Shown here piece after piece: positions 24,701 to 37,919 of a stretch of DNA of 64,000 bases. The translations under genes and the position numbers were made by a program. Source of the stretch: Eledone cirrhosa (taxonomy: Eukaryota); assembly GCA_964016885.1 (NCBI GenBank), contig OZ024744.1, forward strand, positions 1,984,001 to 2,048,000, given 5' to 3'. The notes beneath the pieces were generated by a model that saw only the letters and a list, made by a program, of their open reading frames with translations, was not told where the DNA came from and searched no databases. Numbering within the stretch: the first letter of the stretch is position 1; each line of letters opens with the position of its first letter.

Positions 24701-27700
24701 TCAAAACTTCGTTCTTCACCAAGCTATCTTTCTCTACCTTGTCTTCCCCCAAAACTTCGTTCTTCACCAAGCTATCTTTCTCTACCTTGTCTTCCCCCAA
24801 AACTTCATTCTTCACCAAGCTATCTTTCTCTAGCTTGTCTTCACACAAAACTTCGTTCTTCACCAAGCTATCTTTCTCTACCTTGTCTTCCCACAAAACG
24901 TCATTCTTCACCAAGCTATCTTTCTCTACCTTGTCTTCCGTCAAAACTTCGTTCTTCACCAAGATATCTTTCTCTACCTTGTCTTCTCCCAAAACTTCGT
25001 TCTTCACCAAGCTATCTTTCTCTACCTTGTCTTCCCTCAGAACTTCGTTCTTCAACAAGCTATCTTTCTCTACCTTGTCTTCCCCCAAAACTTCGTTCTT
25101 CACCAAGCTATCTTTCTCTACATTGTCTTCCCCAAAACTTCGTTCTTCACCAAGCTATCTTTCTCTACCTTGTCTTCCCTCAAAACGTCGTTCTTCACCA
25201 AGCTATCTTTCTCTACCTTGTCTTCCCCCAAAACTTCGTTCTTCACCAAGCTATCTTTCTCTACCTTGTCGTCCCCCAAAACTTCGTTCTTCACCAAGCT
25301 ATCTTTCTCTACATTGTCTTCCCCAAAACTTCGTTCTTCACCAATCTATCTTTCTCTACCTTGTCTTCCCTCAAAACGTCGTTCTTCACCAAGCTATCTT
25401 TCTCTACCTTGTCTTCTCCCAAAACTTCGTTATTCACCAAGCTATCTTTCTCTACCTTGTCTTCCCACAAAACGTCATTCTTCACCAAGCTATCTTTCTC
25501 TACCTTGTCTTCCGTCAAAACTTCGTTCTTCACCAAGCTATCTTTCTCTACCTTGTCTTCCCTCAAAACGTCGTTCTTCACCAAGCTATCTTTCTCTACC
25601 TTGTCTTCCCCCAAAACTTCGTTCTTCACCAAGCTATCTTTCTCTACCTTGTCGTCCCCCAAAACTTCGTTCTTCGCAAGCTATCTTTCTCTACCTTGTC
25701 TTCCGTCAAAACTTCGTTCTTCACCAAGCTATCTTTCTCTACCTTGTCTTCCCACAAAACGTCGTTCTTCACCAAGCTATCTTTCTCTACCTTGTCTTCC
25801 CTCAAAACGTCGTTCTTCACCAAGCTATCTTTCTCTACCTTGTCTTCCCTCAAAACATCGTTCTTCACCAAGCTATCTTTCTCTACATTGCCTTCTCCCA
25901 AAACTTCGTTATTCACCAAGCTATCTTTCTCTACCTTGTCTTCCCTCAAAACTTCGTTCTTCACCAAGCTATCTTTCTCTACCTTGTCTTTCCCCAAAAC
26001 TTCGTTCTTCACCAAGCTATCTTTCTCTACCTTGTCTTCCCCCAAAACTTCGTTCTTCACCAAGCTATCTTTCTCTAGCTTGTCTTCACACAAAACTTCG
26101 TTCTTCACCAAGCTATCTTTCTCTACCTTGTCTTCCCACAAAACGTCATTCTTCACCAAGCTATCTTTCTCTACCTTGTCTTCCGTCAAAACTTCGTTCT
26201 TCACCAAGATATCTTTCTCTACCTTGTCTTCTCCCAAAACTTCGTTCTTCACCAAGCTATCTTTCTCTACCTTGTCTTCCCTCAGAACTTCGTTCTTCAA
26301 CAAGCTATCTTTCTCTACCTTGTCTTCCCCCAAAACTTCGTTCTTCACCAAGCTATCTTTCTCTACATTGTCTTCCCCAAAACTTCGTTCTTCACCAAGC
26401 TATCTTTCTCTACCTTGTCTTCCCTCAAAACGTCGTTCTTCACCAAGCTATCTTTCTCTACCTTGTCTTCCCCCAAAACTTCGTTCTTCACCAAGCTATC
26501 TTTCTCTACCTTGTCGTCCCCCAAAACTTCGTTCTTCACCAAGCTATCTTTCTCTACATTGTCTTCCCCAAAACTTCGTTCTTCACCAATCTATCTTTCT
26601 CTACCTTGTCTTCCCTCAAAACGTCGTTCTTCACCAAGCTATCTTTCTCTACCTTGTCTTCTCCCAAAACTTCGTTATTCACCAAGCTATCTTTCTCCAT
26701 CTTGTCTTCCCTCAAAACTTCGTTCTTCACCAAGCTATCTTTCTCTACCTTGTCTTCCCCCAAAACTTCGTTCTTCACCAAGCTATCTTTCTCTACATTG
26801 TCTTCCCCAAAACTTCGTTCTTCACCAAGCTATCTTTCTCTACCTTGTCTTCCCCCAAAACTTCGTTGTTCACCAAGCTATCTTTCTCCATCTTGTCTTC
26901 CCTCAAAACTTCGTTCTTCACCAAGCTATCTTTCTCTACCTTGTCTTCCCCCAAAACTTCGTTCTTCACCAAGCTATCTTTCTCTACATTGTCTTCCCCA
27001 AAACTTCGTTCTTCACCAAGCTATCTTTCTCTACCTTGTCTTCCCACAAAACTTCGTTCTTCACCAAGCTATCTTTCTCTACCTTGTCTTCCCACAAAAC
27101 GTCGTTCTTCACCAAGCTATCTTTCTCTACCTTGTCTTCCCTCAAAACTTCGTTCTTCAACAAGCTATCTTTCTCTACCTTGTCTTCCCCCAAAACTTCG
27201 TTCTTCACCAAGCTATCTTTAACTACCTTGTCTTCCCCCAAAACTTCGTTCTTCACCAAGCTATCTTTCTCTACCTTGTCTTCCCTCAAAACTTCGTTCT
27301 TCACCAAGCTATCTTTCTCGACCTTGTCTTCTCCCAAAACTTCGTTATTCACCAAGCTATCTTTCTCTACCTTGTCTTCCCTCAAAACTTCGTTCTTCAC
27401 CAAGGTATCTTTATCTACCTTGTCTTCCCACAAAACGTCATTCTTCACCAAGCTATCTTTCTCGACCTTGTCTTCCGTCAAAACTTCGTTCTTCACCAAG
27501 GTGTCTTTCTCTACCTTGTCTTCCCACAAAACGTCGTTCTTCACCAAGCTATCTTTCTCTACCTTGTCTTCCCTCAGAACTTCGTTCTTCACCAAGCTAT
27601 CTTTCTCTACCTTGTCTTCCCCCAAAACTTCGTTCTTCACCAAGCTATCTTTCTCTACATTGTCTTCCCCAAAACTTCGTTCTTCACCAAGCTATCTTTC

Positions 27701-30700
27701 TCTACCTTGTCTTCCCCCAAAACTTCGTTCTTCACCAAGCTATCTTTCTCTACCTTGTCTTCCCACAAAACTTCGTTCTTCACCAAGCTATCTTTCTCTA
27801 CCTTGTCTTCCCCCAAAACTTCGTTCTTCACCAAGCTATCTTTCTCTACATTGTCTTCCCCAAAACTTCGTTCTTCACCAAGCTATCTTTCTCTACCTTG
27901 TCTTCCCTCAAAACGTCGTTCTTCACCAAGCTATCTTTCTCTACCTTGTCTTCTCCCAAAACTTCGTTATTCACCAAGCTATCTTTCTCTACCTTGTCTT
28001 CCCTCAAAACTTCGTTCTTCACCAAGCTATCTTTCTCTACCTTGTCTTCCCCCAAAACTTCGTTCTTCACCAAGCTATCTTTCTCTACATTGTCTTCCCC
28101 AAAACTTCGTTCTTCACCAAGCTATCTTTCTCTACCTTGTCTTCCCCCAAAACTTCGTTGTTCACCAAGCTATCTTTCTCTACCTTGTCTTCCCCCAAAA
28201 CTTCGTTCTTCACCAAGATATCTTTCGCTACATTGTCTTCCCCCAAAACTTCGTTCTTCACCAAGCTATCTTTCTCTACCTTGTCTTCCCACAAAACTTC
28301 GTTCTTCACCAAGCTATCTTTCTCTACCTTGTCTTCCCACAAAACGTCGTTCTTCACCAAGCTATCTTTCTCTACCTTGTCTTCCCCCAAAACTTCGTTC
28401 TTCACCAAGCTATCTTTCTCTAGCTTGTCTTCACACAAAACTTCGTTCTTCACCAAGCTATCTTTCTCTACCTTGTCTTCCCACAAAACGTCATTCTTCA
28501 CCAAGCTATCTTTCTCTACCTTGTCTTCCGTCAAAACTTCGTTCTTCACCAATATATCTTTCTCTACCTTGTCTTCTCCCAAAACTTCGTTCTTCACCAA
28601 GCTATCTTTCTCTACATTGTCTTCCCCAAAACTTCGTTCTTCACCAAGCTATCTTTCTCTACCTTGTCTTCCCCCAAAACTTCGTTCTTCACCAAGCTAT
28701 CTTTCTCTACCTTGTCTTCCCACAAAACTTCGTTCTTCACCAAGCTATCTTTCTCTACCTTGTCTTCCCCCAAAACTTCGTTCTTCACCAAGCTATCTTT
28801 CTCTACATTGTCTTCCCCAAAACTTCGTTCTTCACCAAGCTATCTTTCTCTACCTTGTCTTCCCTCAAAACGTCGTTCTTCACCAAGCTATCTTTCTCTA
28901 CCTTGTCTTCTCCCAAAACTTCGTTATTCACCAAGCTATCTTTCTCTACCTTGTCTTCCCTCAAAACTTCGTTCTTCACCAAGCTATCTTTCTCTACCTT
29001 GTCTTCCCCCAAAACTTCGTTCTTCACCAAGCTATCTTTCTCTACATTGTCTTCCCCAAAACTTCGTTCTTCACCAAGCTATCTTTCTCTACCTTGTCTT
29101 CCCCCAAAACTTCGTTGTTCACCAAGCTATCTTTCTCTACCTTGTCTTCCCCCAAAACTTCGTTCTTCACCAAGATATCTTTCTCTACCTTGTCTTCCCC
29201 CAAAACTTCGTTCTTCACCAAGCTATCTTTCTCTACCTTGTCTTCCCACAAAACTTCGTTCTTCACCAAGCTATCTTTCTCTAGCTTGTCTTCACACAAA
29301 ACTTCGTTCTTCACCAAGCTATCTTTCTCTACCTTGTCTTCCCATAAAACGTCATTCTTCACCAAGCTATCTTTCTCTACCTTGTCTTCCGTCAAAACTT
29401 CGTTCTTCACCAAGATATCTTTCTCTACCTTGTCTTCTCCCAAAACTTCGTTCTTCACCAAGCTATCTTTCTCTACCTTGTCTTCCCTCAGAACTTCGTT
29501 CTTCAACAAGCTATCTTTCTCTACCTTGTCTTCCCTCAAAACGTCGTTCTTCACCAAGCTATCTTTCTCTACCTTGTCTTCCCCCAAAACTTCGTTTTTC
29601 ACCAAGCTATCTTTCTCTACCTTGTCTTCCCCCAAAACTTCGTTCTTCACCAAGCTATCTTTCTCTACATTGTCTTCCCCAAAACTTCGTTCTTCACCAA
29701 TCTATCTTCCTCTACCTTGTCTTCCCTCAAAACGTCGTTCTTCACCAAGCTATCTTTCTCTACCTTGTCTTCTCCCAAAACTTCGTTATTCACCAAGCTA
29801 TCTTTCTCTACCTTGTCTTCCCTCAAAACTTCGTTCTTCACCAAGCTATCTTTCTCTACCTTGTCTTCCCCCAAAATTTCGTTCTTCACCAAGCTATCTT
29901 TCTCTACATTGTCTTCCCCCAAAACTTCGTTCTTCACCAAGCTATCTTTCTCTACCTTGTCTTCCCCCAAAACTTCGTTCTTCACCAAGCTATCTTTCTC
30001 TACCTTGTCTTCCCCCAAAACTTCGTTCTTCACCAAGCTATCTTTAACTACCTTGTCTTCCCCCAAAACTTCGTTCTTCACCAAGCTATCTTTCTCTACC
30101 TTGTCTTCCCTCAACACTTCGTTCTTCACCAAGCTATCTTTCTCGACCTTGTCTTCTCCCAAAACTTCGTTATTCACCAAGCTATCTTTCTCTACCTTGT
30201 CTTCCCTCAAAACTTCGTTCTTCACCAAGCTATCTTTATCTACCTTGTCTTCCCACAAAACGTCATTCTTCACCAAGCTATCTTTCTCTACCTTGTCTTC
30301 CGTCAAAACTTCGTTCTTCACCAAGATATCTTTCTCTACCTTGTCTTCCCCCAAAACTTCGTTCTTCACCAAGTCATCTTTCTCTACCTTGTCATCCCTC
30401 AAAACTTCGTTCTTCACCAATCTATCTTTCTCTACCTTGTCTTCCCCCAAAACTACGTTCTTCACCAAGCTATCTTTCTCTACCTTGTCTTCCCTCAGAA
30501 CTTCGTTCTTCACCAAGCTATCTTTCTCTACCTTGTCTTCCCCCAAAACTTCGTTCTTCACCAAGCTATCTTTCTCTACATTGTCTTCCCCAAAACTTCG
30601 TTCTTCACCAAGCTATCTTTCTCTACCTTGTCTTCCCCCAAAACTTCGTTCTTCACCAAGCTATCTTTCTCTACCTTGTCTTCACACAAAACTTCGTTCT

Positions 30701-33700
30701 TCACCAAGCTATCTTTCTCTACCTTGTCTTCCCACAAAACGTCATTCTTCACCAAGCTATCTTTCTCTACCTTGTCTTCCGTCAAAACTTCGTTCTTCAC
30801 CAATATATCTTTCTCTACCTTGTCTTCTCACAAAACTTCGTTCTTCACCAAGCTATCTTTCTCTACATTGTCTTCCCCAAAACTTCGTTCTTCACCAAGC
30901 TATCTTTCTCTACCTTGTCTTCCCCCAAAACTTCGTTCTTCACCAAGCTATCTTTCTCTACCTTGTCTTCCCACAAAACTTCGTTCTTCACCAAGCTATC
31001 TTTCTCTACCTTGTCCTCCCCCAAAACTTCGTTCTTCACCAAGCTATCTTTCTCTACATTGTCTTCCCCAAAACTTCGTTCTTCACCAAGCTATCTTTCT
31101 CTACCTTGTCTTCCCTCAAAACGTCGTTCTTCACCAAGCTATCTTTCTCTACCTTGTCTTCTCCCAAAACTTCGTTATTCACCAAGCTATCTTTCTCTAC
31201 CTTGTCTTCCCTCAAAACTTCGTTCTTCACCAAGCTATCTTTCTCTACATTGTCTTCCCCAAAACTTCGTTCATCACCAAGCTATCTTTCTCTACCTTGT
31301 CTTCCCCCAAAACTTCGTTGTTCACCAAGCTATCTTTCTCTACCTTGTCTTCCCCCAAAACTTTGTTCTTCACCAAGATATCTTTCTCTACCTTGTCTTC
31401 CCCCAAAACTTCGTTCTTCACCAAGCTATCTTTCTCTACCTTGTCTTCCCACAAAACTTCGTTCTTCACCAAGCTATCTTTCTCTAGCTTGTCTTCACAC
31501 AAAACTTCGTTCTTCACCAAGCTATCTTTCTCTACCTTGTCTTCCCACAAAACGTCATTCTTCACCAAGCTATCTTTCTCTACCTTGTCTTCCGTCAAAA
31601 CTTCGTTCTTCACCAAGATATCTTTCTCTACCTTGTCTTCTCCCAAAACTTCGTTCTTCACCAAGCTATCTTTCTCTACCTTGCCTTCCCTCAGAACTTC
31701 GTTCTTCAACAAGCTATCTTTCTCTACCTTGTCTTCTCCCAAAACTTCGTTCTTCACCAAGCTATCTTTCTCTACATTGTCTTCCCCAAAACTTCGTTCT
31801 TCACCAAGCTATCTTTCTCTACCTTGTCTTCCCTCAAAACGTCGTTCTTCACCAAGCTATCTTTCTCTACCTTGTCTTCCCCCAAAACTTCGTTTTTCAC
31901 CAAGCTATCTTTCTCTACCTTGTCTTCCCCCAAAACTTCGTTCTTCACCAAGCTATCTTTCTCTACATTGTCTTCCCCAAAACTTCGTTCTTCACCAATC
32001 TATCTTCCTCTACCTTGTCTTCCCTCAAAACGTCGTTCTTCACCAAGCTATCTTTCTCTACCTTGTCTTCTCCCAAAACTTCGTTATTCACCAAGCTATC
32101 TTTCTCTACCTTGTCTTCCCTCAAAACTTCGTTCTTCACCAAGCTATCTTTCTCTACCTTGTCTTCCCCCAAAATTTCGTTCTTCACCAAGCTATCTTTC
32201 TCTACATTGTCTTCCCCCAAAACTTCGTTCTTCACCAAGCTATCTTTCTCTACCTTGTCTTCCCCCAAAACTTCGTTCTTCACCAAGCTATCTTTCTCTA
32301 CCTTGTCTTCCCCCAAAACTTCGTTCTTCACCAAGCTATCTTTCTCTACCTTGTCTTCCCTCAACACTTCGTTCTTCACCAAGCTATCTTTCTCGACCTT
32401 GTCTTCTCCCAAAACTTCGTTATTCACCAAGCTATCTTTCTCTACCTTGTCTTCCCTCAAAACTTCGTTCTTCACCAAGCTATCTTTATCTACCTTGTCT
32501 TCCCACAAAACGTTATTCTTCACCAAGCTATCTTTCTCTACCTTGTCTTCCGTCAAAACTTCGTTCTTCACCAAGATATCTTTCTCTACCTTGTCTTCCC
32601 ACAAAACGTCGTTCTTCACCAAGCCTATCTTTCTCTACCTTGTCTTCCCTCAGAACTTCGTTCTTCACCAAGCTATCTTTCTCTACCTTGTCTTCCCCCA
32701 AAACTTCGTTCTTCACCAAGCTATCTTTCTCTACATTGTCTTCCCCAAAACTTCGTTCTTCACCAAGCTATCTTTCTCTACCTTGTCTTCCCCCAAAACT
32801 TCGTTCTTCACCAAGCTATCTTTCTCTACCTTGTCTTCCCACAAAACTTCGTTCTTCACCAAGCTATCTTTCTCTACCTTGTCTTCCCCCAAAACTTCGT
32901 TCTTCACCAAGCTATCTTTCTCTACATTGTCTTCCCCAAAACTTCGTTCTTCACCAAGCTATCTTTCTCTACCTTGTCTTCCCTCAAAACGTCGTTCTTC
33001 ACCAAGCTATCTTTCTCTACCTTGTCTTCTCCCAAAACTTCGTTATTCACCAAGCTATCTTTCTCTACCTTGTCTTCCCTCAAAACTTCGTTCTTCACCA
33101 AGCTATCTTTCTCTACCTTGTCTTCCCCCAAAACTTCGTTCTTCACCAAGCTATCTTTCTCTAGCTTGTCTTCCCCCAAACTTCGTTCTTCACCAAGCTA
33201 TCTTTCTCTACCTTGTCTTCCCTCAAAACTTCGTTCTTCACCAAGCTATCTTTCTCTACCTTGTCTTCCCTCAAAACTTCGTTCTTCACCAAGCTATCTT
33301 TATCTACCTTGTCTTCCCACAAAACGTCATTCTTCACCAAGCTATCTTTCTCTACCTTGTCTTCCGTCAAAACTTCGTTCTTCACCAAGATATCTTTCTC
33401 TACCTTGTCTTCCCACAAAACGTCGTTCTTCACCAAGCTATCTTTCTCTACCTTGTCTTCCCTCAGAACTTCGTTCTTCACCAAGCTATCTTTCTCTACC
33501 TTGTCTTCCCCCAAAACTTCGTTCTTCACCAAGCTATCTTTCTCTACATTGTCTTCCCCAAAACTTCGTTCTTCACCAAGCTATCTTTCTCTACCTTGTC
33601 TTCCCCCAAAACTTCGTTCTTCACCAAGCTATCTTTCTCTACCTTGTCTTCCCACAAAACTTCGTTCTTCACCAAGCTATCTTTCTCTACCTTGTCTTCC

Positions 33701-36700
33701 CCCAAAACTTCGTTCTTCACCAAGCTATCTTTCTCTACATTGTCTTCCCCAAAACTTCGTTCTTCACCAAGCTATCTTTCTCTACCTTGTCTTCCCTCAA
33801 AACGTCGTTCTTCACCAAGCTATCTTTCTCTACCTTGTCTTCTCCCAAAACTTCGTTATTCACCAAGCTATCTTTCTCTACCTTGTCTTCCCTCAAAACT
33901 TCGTTCTTCACCAAGCTATCTTTCTCTACCTTGTCTTCCCCCAAAACTTCGTTCTTCACCAAGCTATCTTTCTCTACATTGTCTTCCCCAAAACTTCGTT
34001 CTTCACCGAGCTATCTTTCTCTACCTTGTCTTCCCCCAAAACTTCGTTGTTCACCAAGCTATCTTTCTCTACCTTGTCTTCCCCCAAAACTTCGTTCTTC
34101 ACCAAGCTATCTTTCTCTACCTTGTCTTCCCCCAAACTTCGTTCTTCACCAAGCTATCTTTCTCTACCTTGTCTTCCCTCAAAACTTCGTTCTTCACCAA
34201 GCTATCTTTAACTACCTTGTCTTCCCCCAAAACTTCGTTCTTCACCAAGCTATCTTTCTCTACCTTGTCTTCCCTCAACACTTCGTTCTTCACCAAGCTA
34301 TCTTTCTCGACCTTGTCTTCTCCCAAAACTTCGTTATTCACCAAGCTATCTTTCTCTACCTTGTCTTCCCTCAAAACTTCGTTCTTCACCAAGCTATCTT
34401 TATCTACCTTGTCTTCCCACAAAACGTCATTCTTCACCAAGCTATCTTTCTCTACCTTGTCTTCCGTCAAAACTTCGTTCGTCACCAAGATATCTTTCTC
34501 TACCTTGTCTTCCCACAAAACGTCGTTCTTCACCAAGCTATCTTTCTCTACCTTGTCTTCCCTCAGAACTTCGTTCTTCACCAATCTATCTTTCTCTACC
34601 TTGTCTTCCCCCAAAACTTCGTTCTTCACCAAGCTATCTTTCTCTACATTGTCTTCCCCAAAACTTCGTTCTTCACCAAGCTATCTTTCTCTACCTTGTC
34701 TTCCCCCAAAACTTCGTTCTTCACCAAGCTATCTTTCTCTACCTTGTCTTCCCACAAAACTTCGTTCTTCACCAAGCTATCTTTCTCTACCTTGTCTTCC
34801 CCCAAAACTTCGTTCTTCACCAAGCTATCTTTCTCTACATTGTCTTCCCCAAAACTTCGTTCTTCACCAAGCTATCTTTCTCTACCTTGTCTTCCCTCAA
34901 AACGTCGTTCTTCACCAAGCTATCTTTCTCTACCTTGTCTTCTCCCAAAACTTCGTTATTCACCAAGCTATCTTTCTCTACCTTGTCTTCCCTCAAAACT
35001 TCGTTCTTCACCAAGCTATCTTTCTCTACCTTGTCTTCCCCCAAAACTTCGTTCTTCACCAAGCTATCTTTCTCTACATTGTCTTCCCACAAAACGTCAT
35101 TCTTCACCAAGCTATCTTTCTCTACCTTGTCTTCCGTCAAAACTTCGTTCTTCACCAAGATATCTTTCTCTACCTTGTCTTCCCACAAAACGTCGTTCTT
35201 CACCAAGCTATCTTTCTCTACCTTGTCTTCCCTCAGAACTTCGTTCTTCACCAAGCTATCTTTCTCTACCTTGTCTTCCCCCAAAACTTCGTTCTTCACC
35301 AAGCTATCTTTCTCTACATTGTCTTCCCCAAAACTTCGTTCTTCACCAAGCTATCTTTCTCTACCTTGTCTTCCCCCAAAACTTCGTTCTTCACCAAGCT
35401 ATCTTTCTCTACCTTGTCTTCCCACAAAACTTCGTTCTTCACCAAGCTATCTTTCTCTACCTTGTCTTCCCCCAAAACTTCGTTCTTCACCAAGCTATCT
35501 TTCTCTACATTGTCTTCCCCAAAACTTCGTTCTTCACCAAGCTATCTTTCTCTACCTTGTCTTCCCTCAAAACGTCGTTCTTCACCAAGCTATCTTTCTC
35601 TACCTTGTCTTCTCCCAAAACTTCGTTATTCACCAAGCTATCTTTCTCTACCTTGTCTTCCCTCAAAACTTCGTTCTTCACCAAGCTATCTTTCTCTACC
35701 TTGTCTTCCCCCAAAACTTCGTTCTTCACCAAGCTATCTTTCTCTACATTGTCTTCCCCAAAACTTCGTTCTTCACCAAGCTATCTTTCTCTACCTTGTC
35801 TTCCCCCAAAACTTCGTTGTTCACCAAGCTATCTTTCTCTACCTTGTCTTCCCCCAAAACTTCGTTCTTCACCAAGCTATCTTTCTCTACCTTGTCTTCC
35901 CCCAAACTTCGTTCTTCACCAAGCTATCTTTCTCTACCTTGTCTTCCCTCAAAACTTCGTTCTTCACCAAGCTATCTTTCTCTACCTTGTCTTCCCTCAA
36001 AACTTCGTTCTTCACCAAGCTATCTTTATCTACCTTGTCTTCCCACAAAACGTCATTCTTCACCAAGCTATCTTTCTCTACCTTGTCTTCCGTCAAAACT
36101 TCGTTCTTCACCAAGATATCTTTCTCTACCTTGTCTTCCCACAAAACGTCGTTCTTCACCAAGCTATCTTTCTCTACCTTGTCTTCCCTCAGAACTTCGT
36201 TCTTCACCAAGCTATCTTTCTCTACCTTGTCTTCCCCCAAAACTTCGTTCTTCACCAAGCTATCTTTCTCTACATTGTCTTCCCCAAAACTTCGTTCTTC
36301 ACCAAGCTATCTTTCTCTACCTTGTCTTCCCCCAAAACTTCGTTCTTCACCAAGCTATCTTTCTCTACCTTGTCTTCCCACAAAACTTCGTTCTTCACCA
36401 AGCTATCTTTCTCTACCTTGTCTTCCCCCAAAACTTCGTTCTTCACCAAGCTATCTTTCTCTACATTGTCTTCCCCAAAACTTCGTTCTTCACCAAGCTA
36501 TCTTTCTCTACCTTGTCTTCCCTCAAAACGTCGTTCTTCACCAAGCTATCTTTCTCTACCTTGTCTTCTCCCAAAACTTCGTTATTCACCAAGCTATCTT
36601 TCCCTACCTTGTCTTTCCTCAAAACTTCGTTCTTCACCAAGCTATCTTTCTCTACCTTGTCTTCCCCCAAAACTTCGTTCTTCACCAAGCTATCTTTCTC

Positions 36701-37900
36701 TACATTGTCTTCCCCAAAACTTCGTTCTTCACCAAGCTATCTTTCTCTACCTTGTCTTCCCCCAAAACTTCGTTGTTCACCAAGCTATCTTTCTCTACCT
36801 TGTCTTCCCCCAAAACTTCGTTCTTCACCAAGCTATCTTTCTCTACCTTGTCTTCCCCCAAACTTCGTTCTTCACCAAGCTATCTTTCTCTACCTTGTCT
36901 TCCCACAAAACTTCGTTCTTCACCAAGCTATCTTTCTCTACCTTGTCTTCCCACAAAACGTCGTTCTTCACCAAGCTATCTTTCTCTACCTTGTCTTCCC
37001 TCAAAACGTCGTTCTTCACCAAGCTATCTTTCTCTACCTTGTCTTCTCCCAAAACTTCGTTATTCACCAAGCTATCTTTCTCTACCTTGTCTTCCCTCAA
37101 AACTTCGTTCTTCACCAAGCTATCTTTCTCTACCTTGTCTTCCCCCAAAACTTCGTTCTTCACCAAGCTATCTTTCTCTACACTGTCTTCCCCAAAACTC
37201 CGTTCTTCACCAAGCTATCTTTCTCTACCTTGTCTTCCCCCAAAACTTCGTTGTTCACCAAGCTATCTTTCTCTACCTTGTCTTCCCCCAAAACTTCGTT
37301 CTTCACCAAGCTATCTTTCTCTACCTTGTCTTCCCCCAAAACTTCGTTCTTCACCAAGCTATCTTTCTCTACCTTGTCTTCCCACAAAACTTCGTTCTTC
37401 ACCAAGCTATCTTTCTCTACCTTGTCTTCCCATAAAACGTCGTTCTTCACCAAGCTATCTTTCTCTACCTTGTCTTCCCTCAAAACTTCGTTCTTCACCA
37501 AGCTATCTTTCTCTACTTTGTCTTCCCCCAAAACTTCGTTCTTCACCAAGCTATCTTTCTCTACCTTGTCTTCCCTCAAAACTTCGTTCTTCACCAAGCT
37601 ATCTTTCTCGACCTTGTCTTCTCCCAAAACTTCGTTATTCACCAAGCTATCTTTCTCTACCTTGTCTTCCCACAAAACTTCGTTCTTCACCAAGCTATCT
37701 TTCTCTACCTTGTCTTCCCTCAAAACGTCGTTCTTCACCAAGCTATCTTTCTCTACATTGTCTTCCCCAAAACATCGTTCTTCACCAAGCTATCTTTCTC
37801 TACCTTGTCTTCCCCCAAAACTTCGTTCTTCACCAAGCTATCTTTCTCTACCTTGTCTTCCCCCAAAACTTCGTTCTTCACCAAGCTATCTTTCTCTACC
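24700..37900. repeat. Mosaic zone of short overlapping duplications (offsets of about 0.7-2.3 kb) built from 4- and 5-monomer modules
   Basis: Equivalent ORF ends recur at irregular offsets: 27846/28803 (957), 29665/31963 (2298), 32922/33735/34835/35505/36461 (813, 1100, 670, 956). Zone-specific markers are TCAACAC (30111, 32361, 34275) and TCTTCCTC (29705, 32003). Confidence 0.75.
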
Positions 37901-37919
37901 TTGTCTTCCCACAAAACGT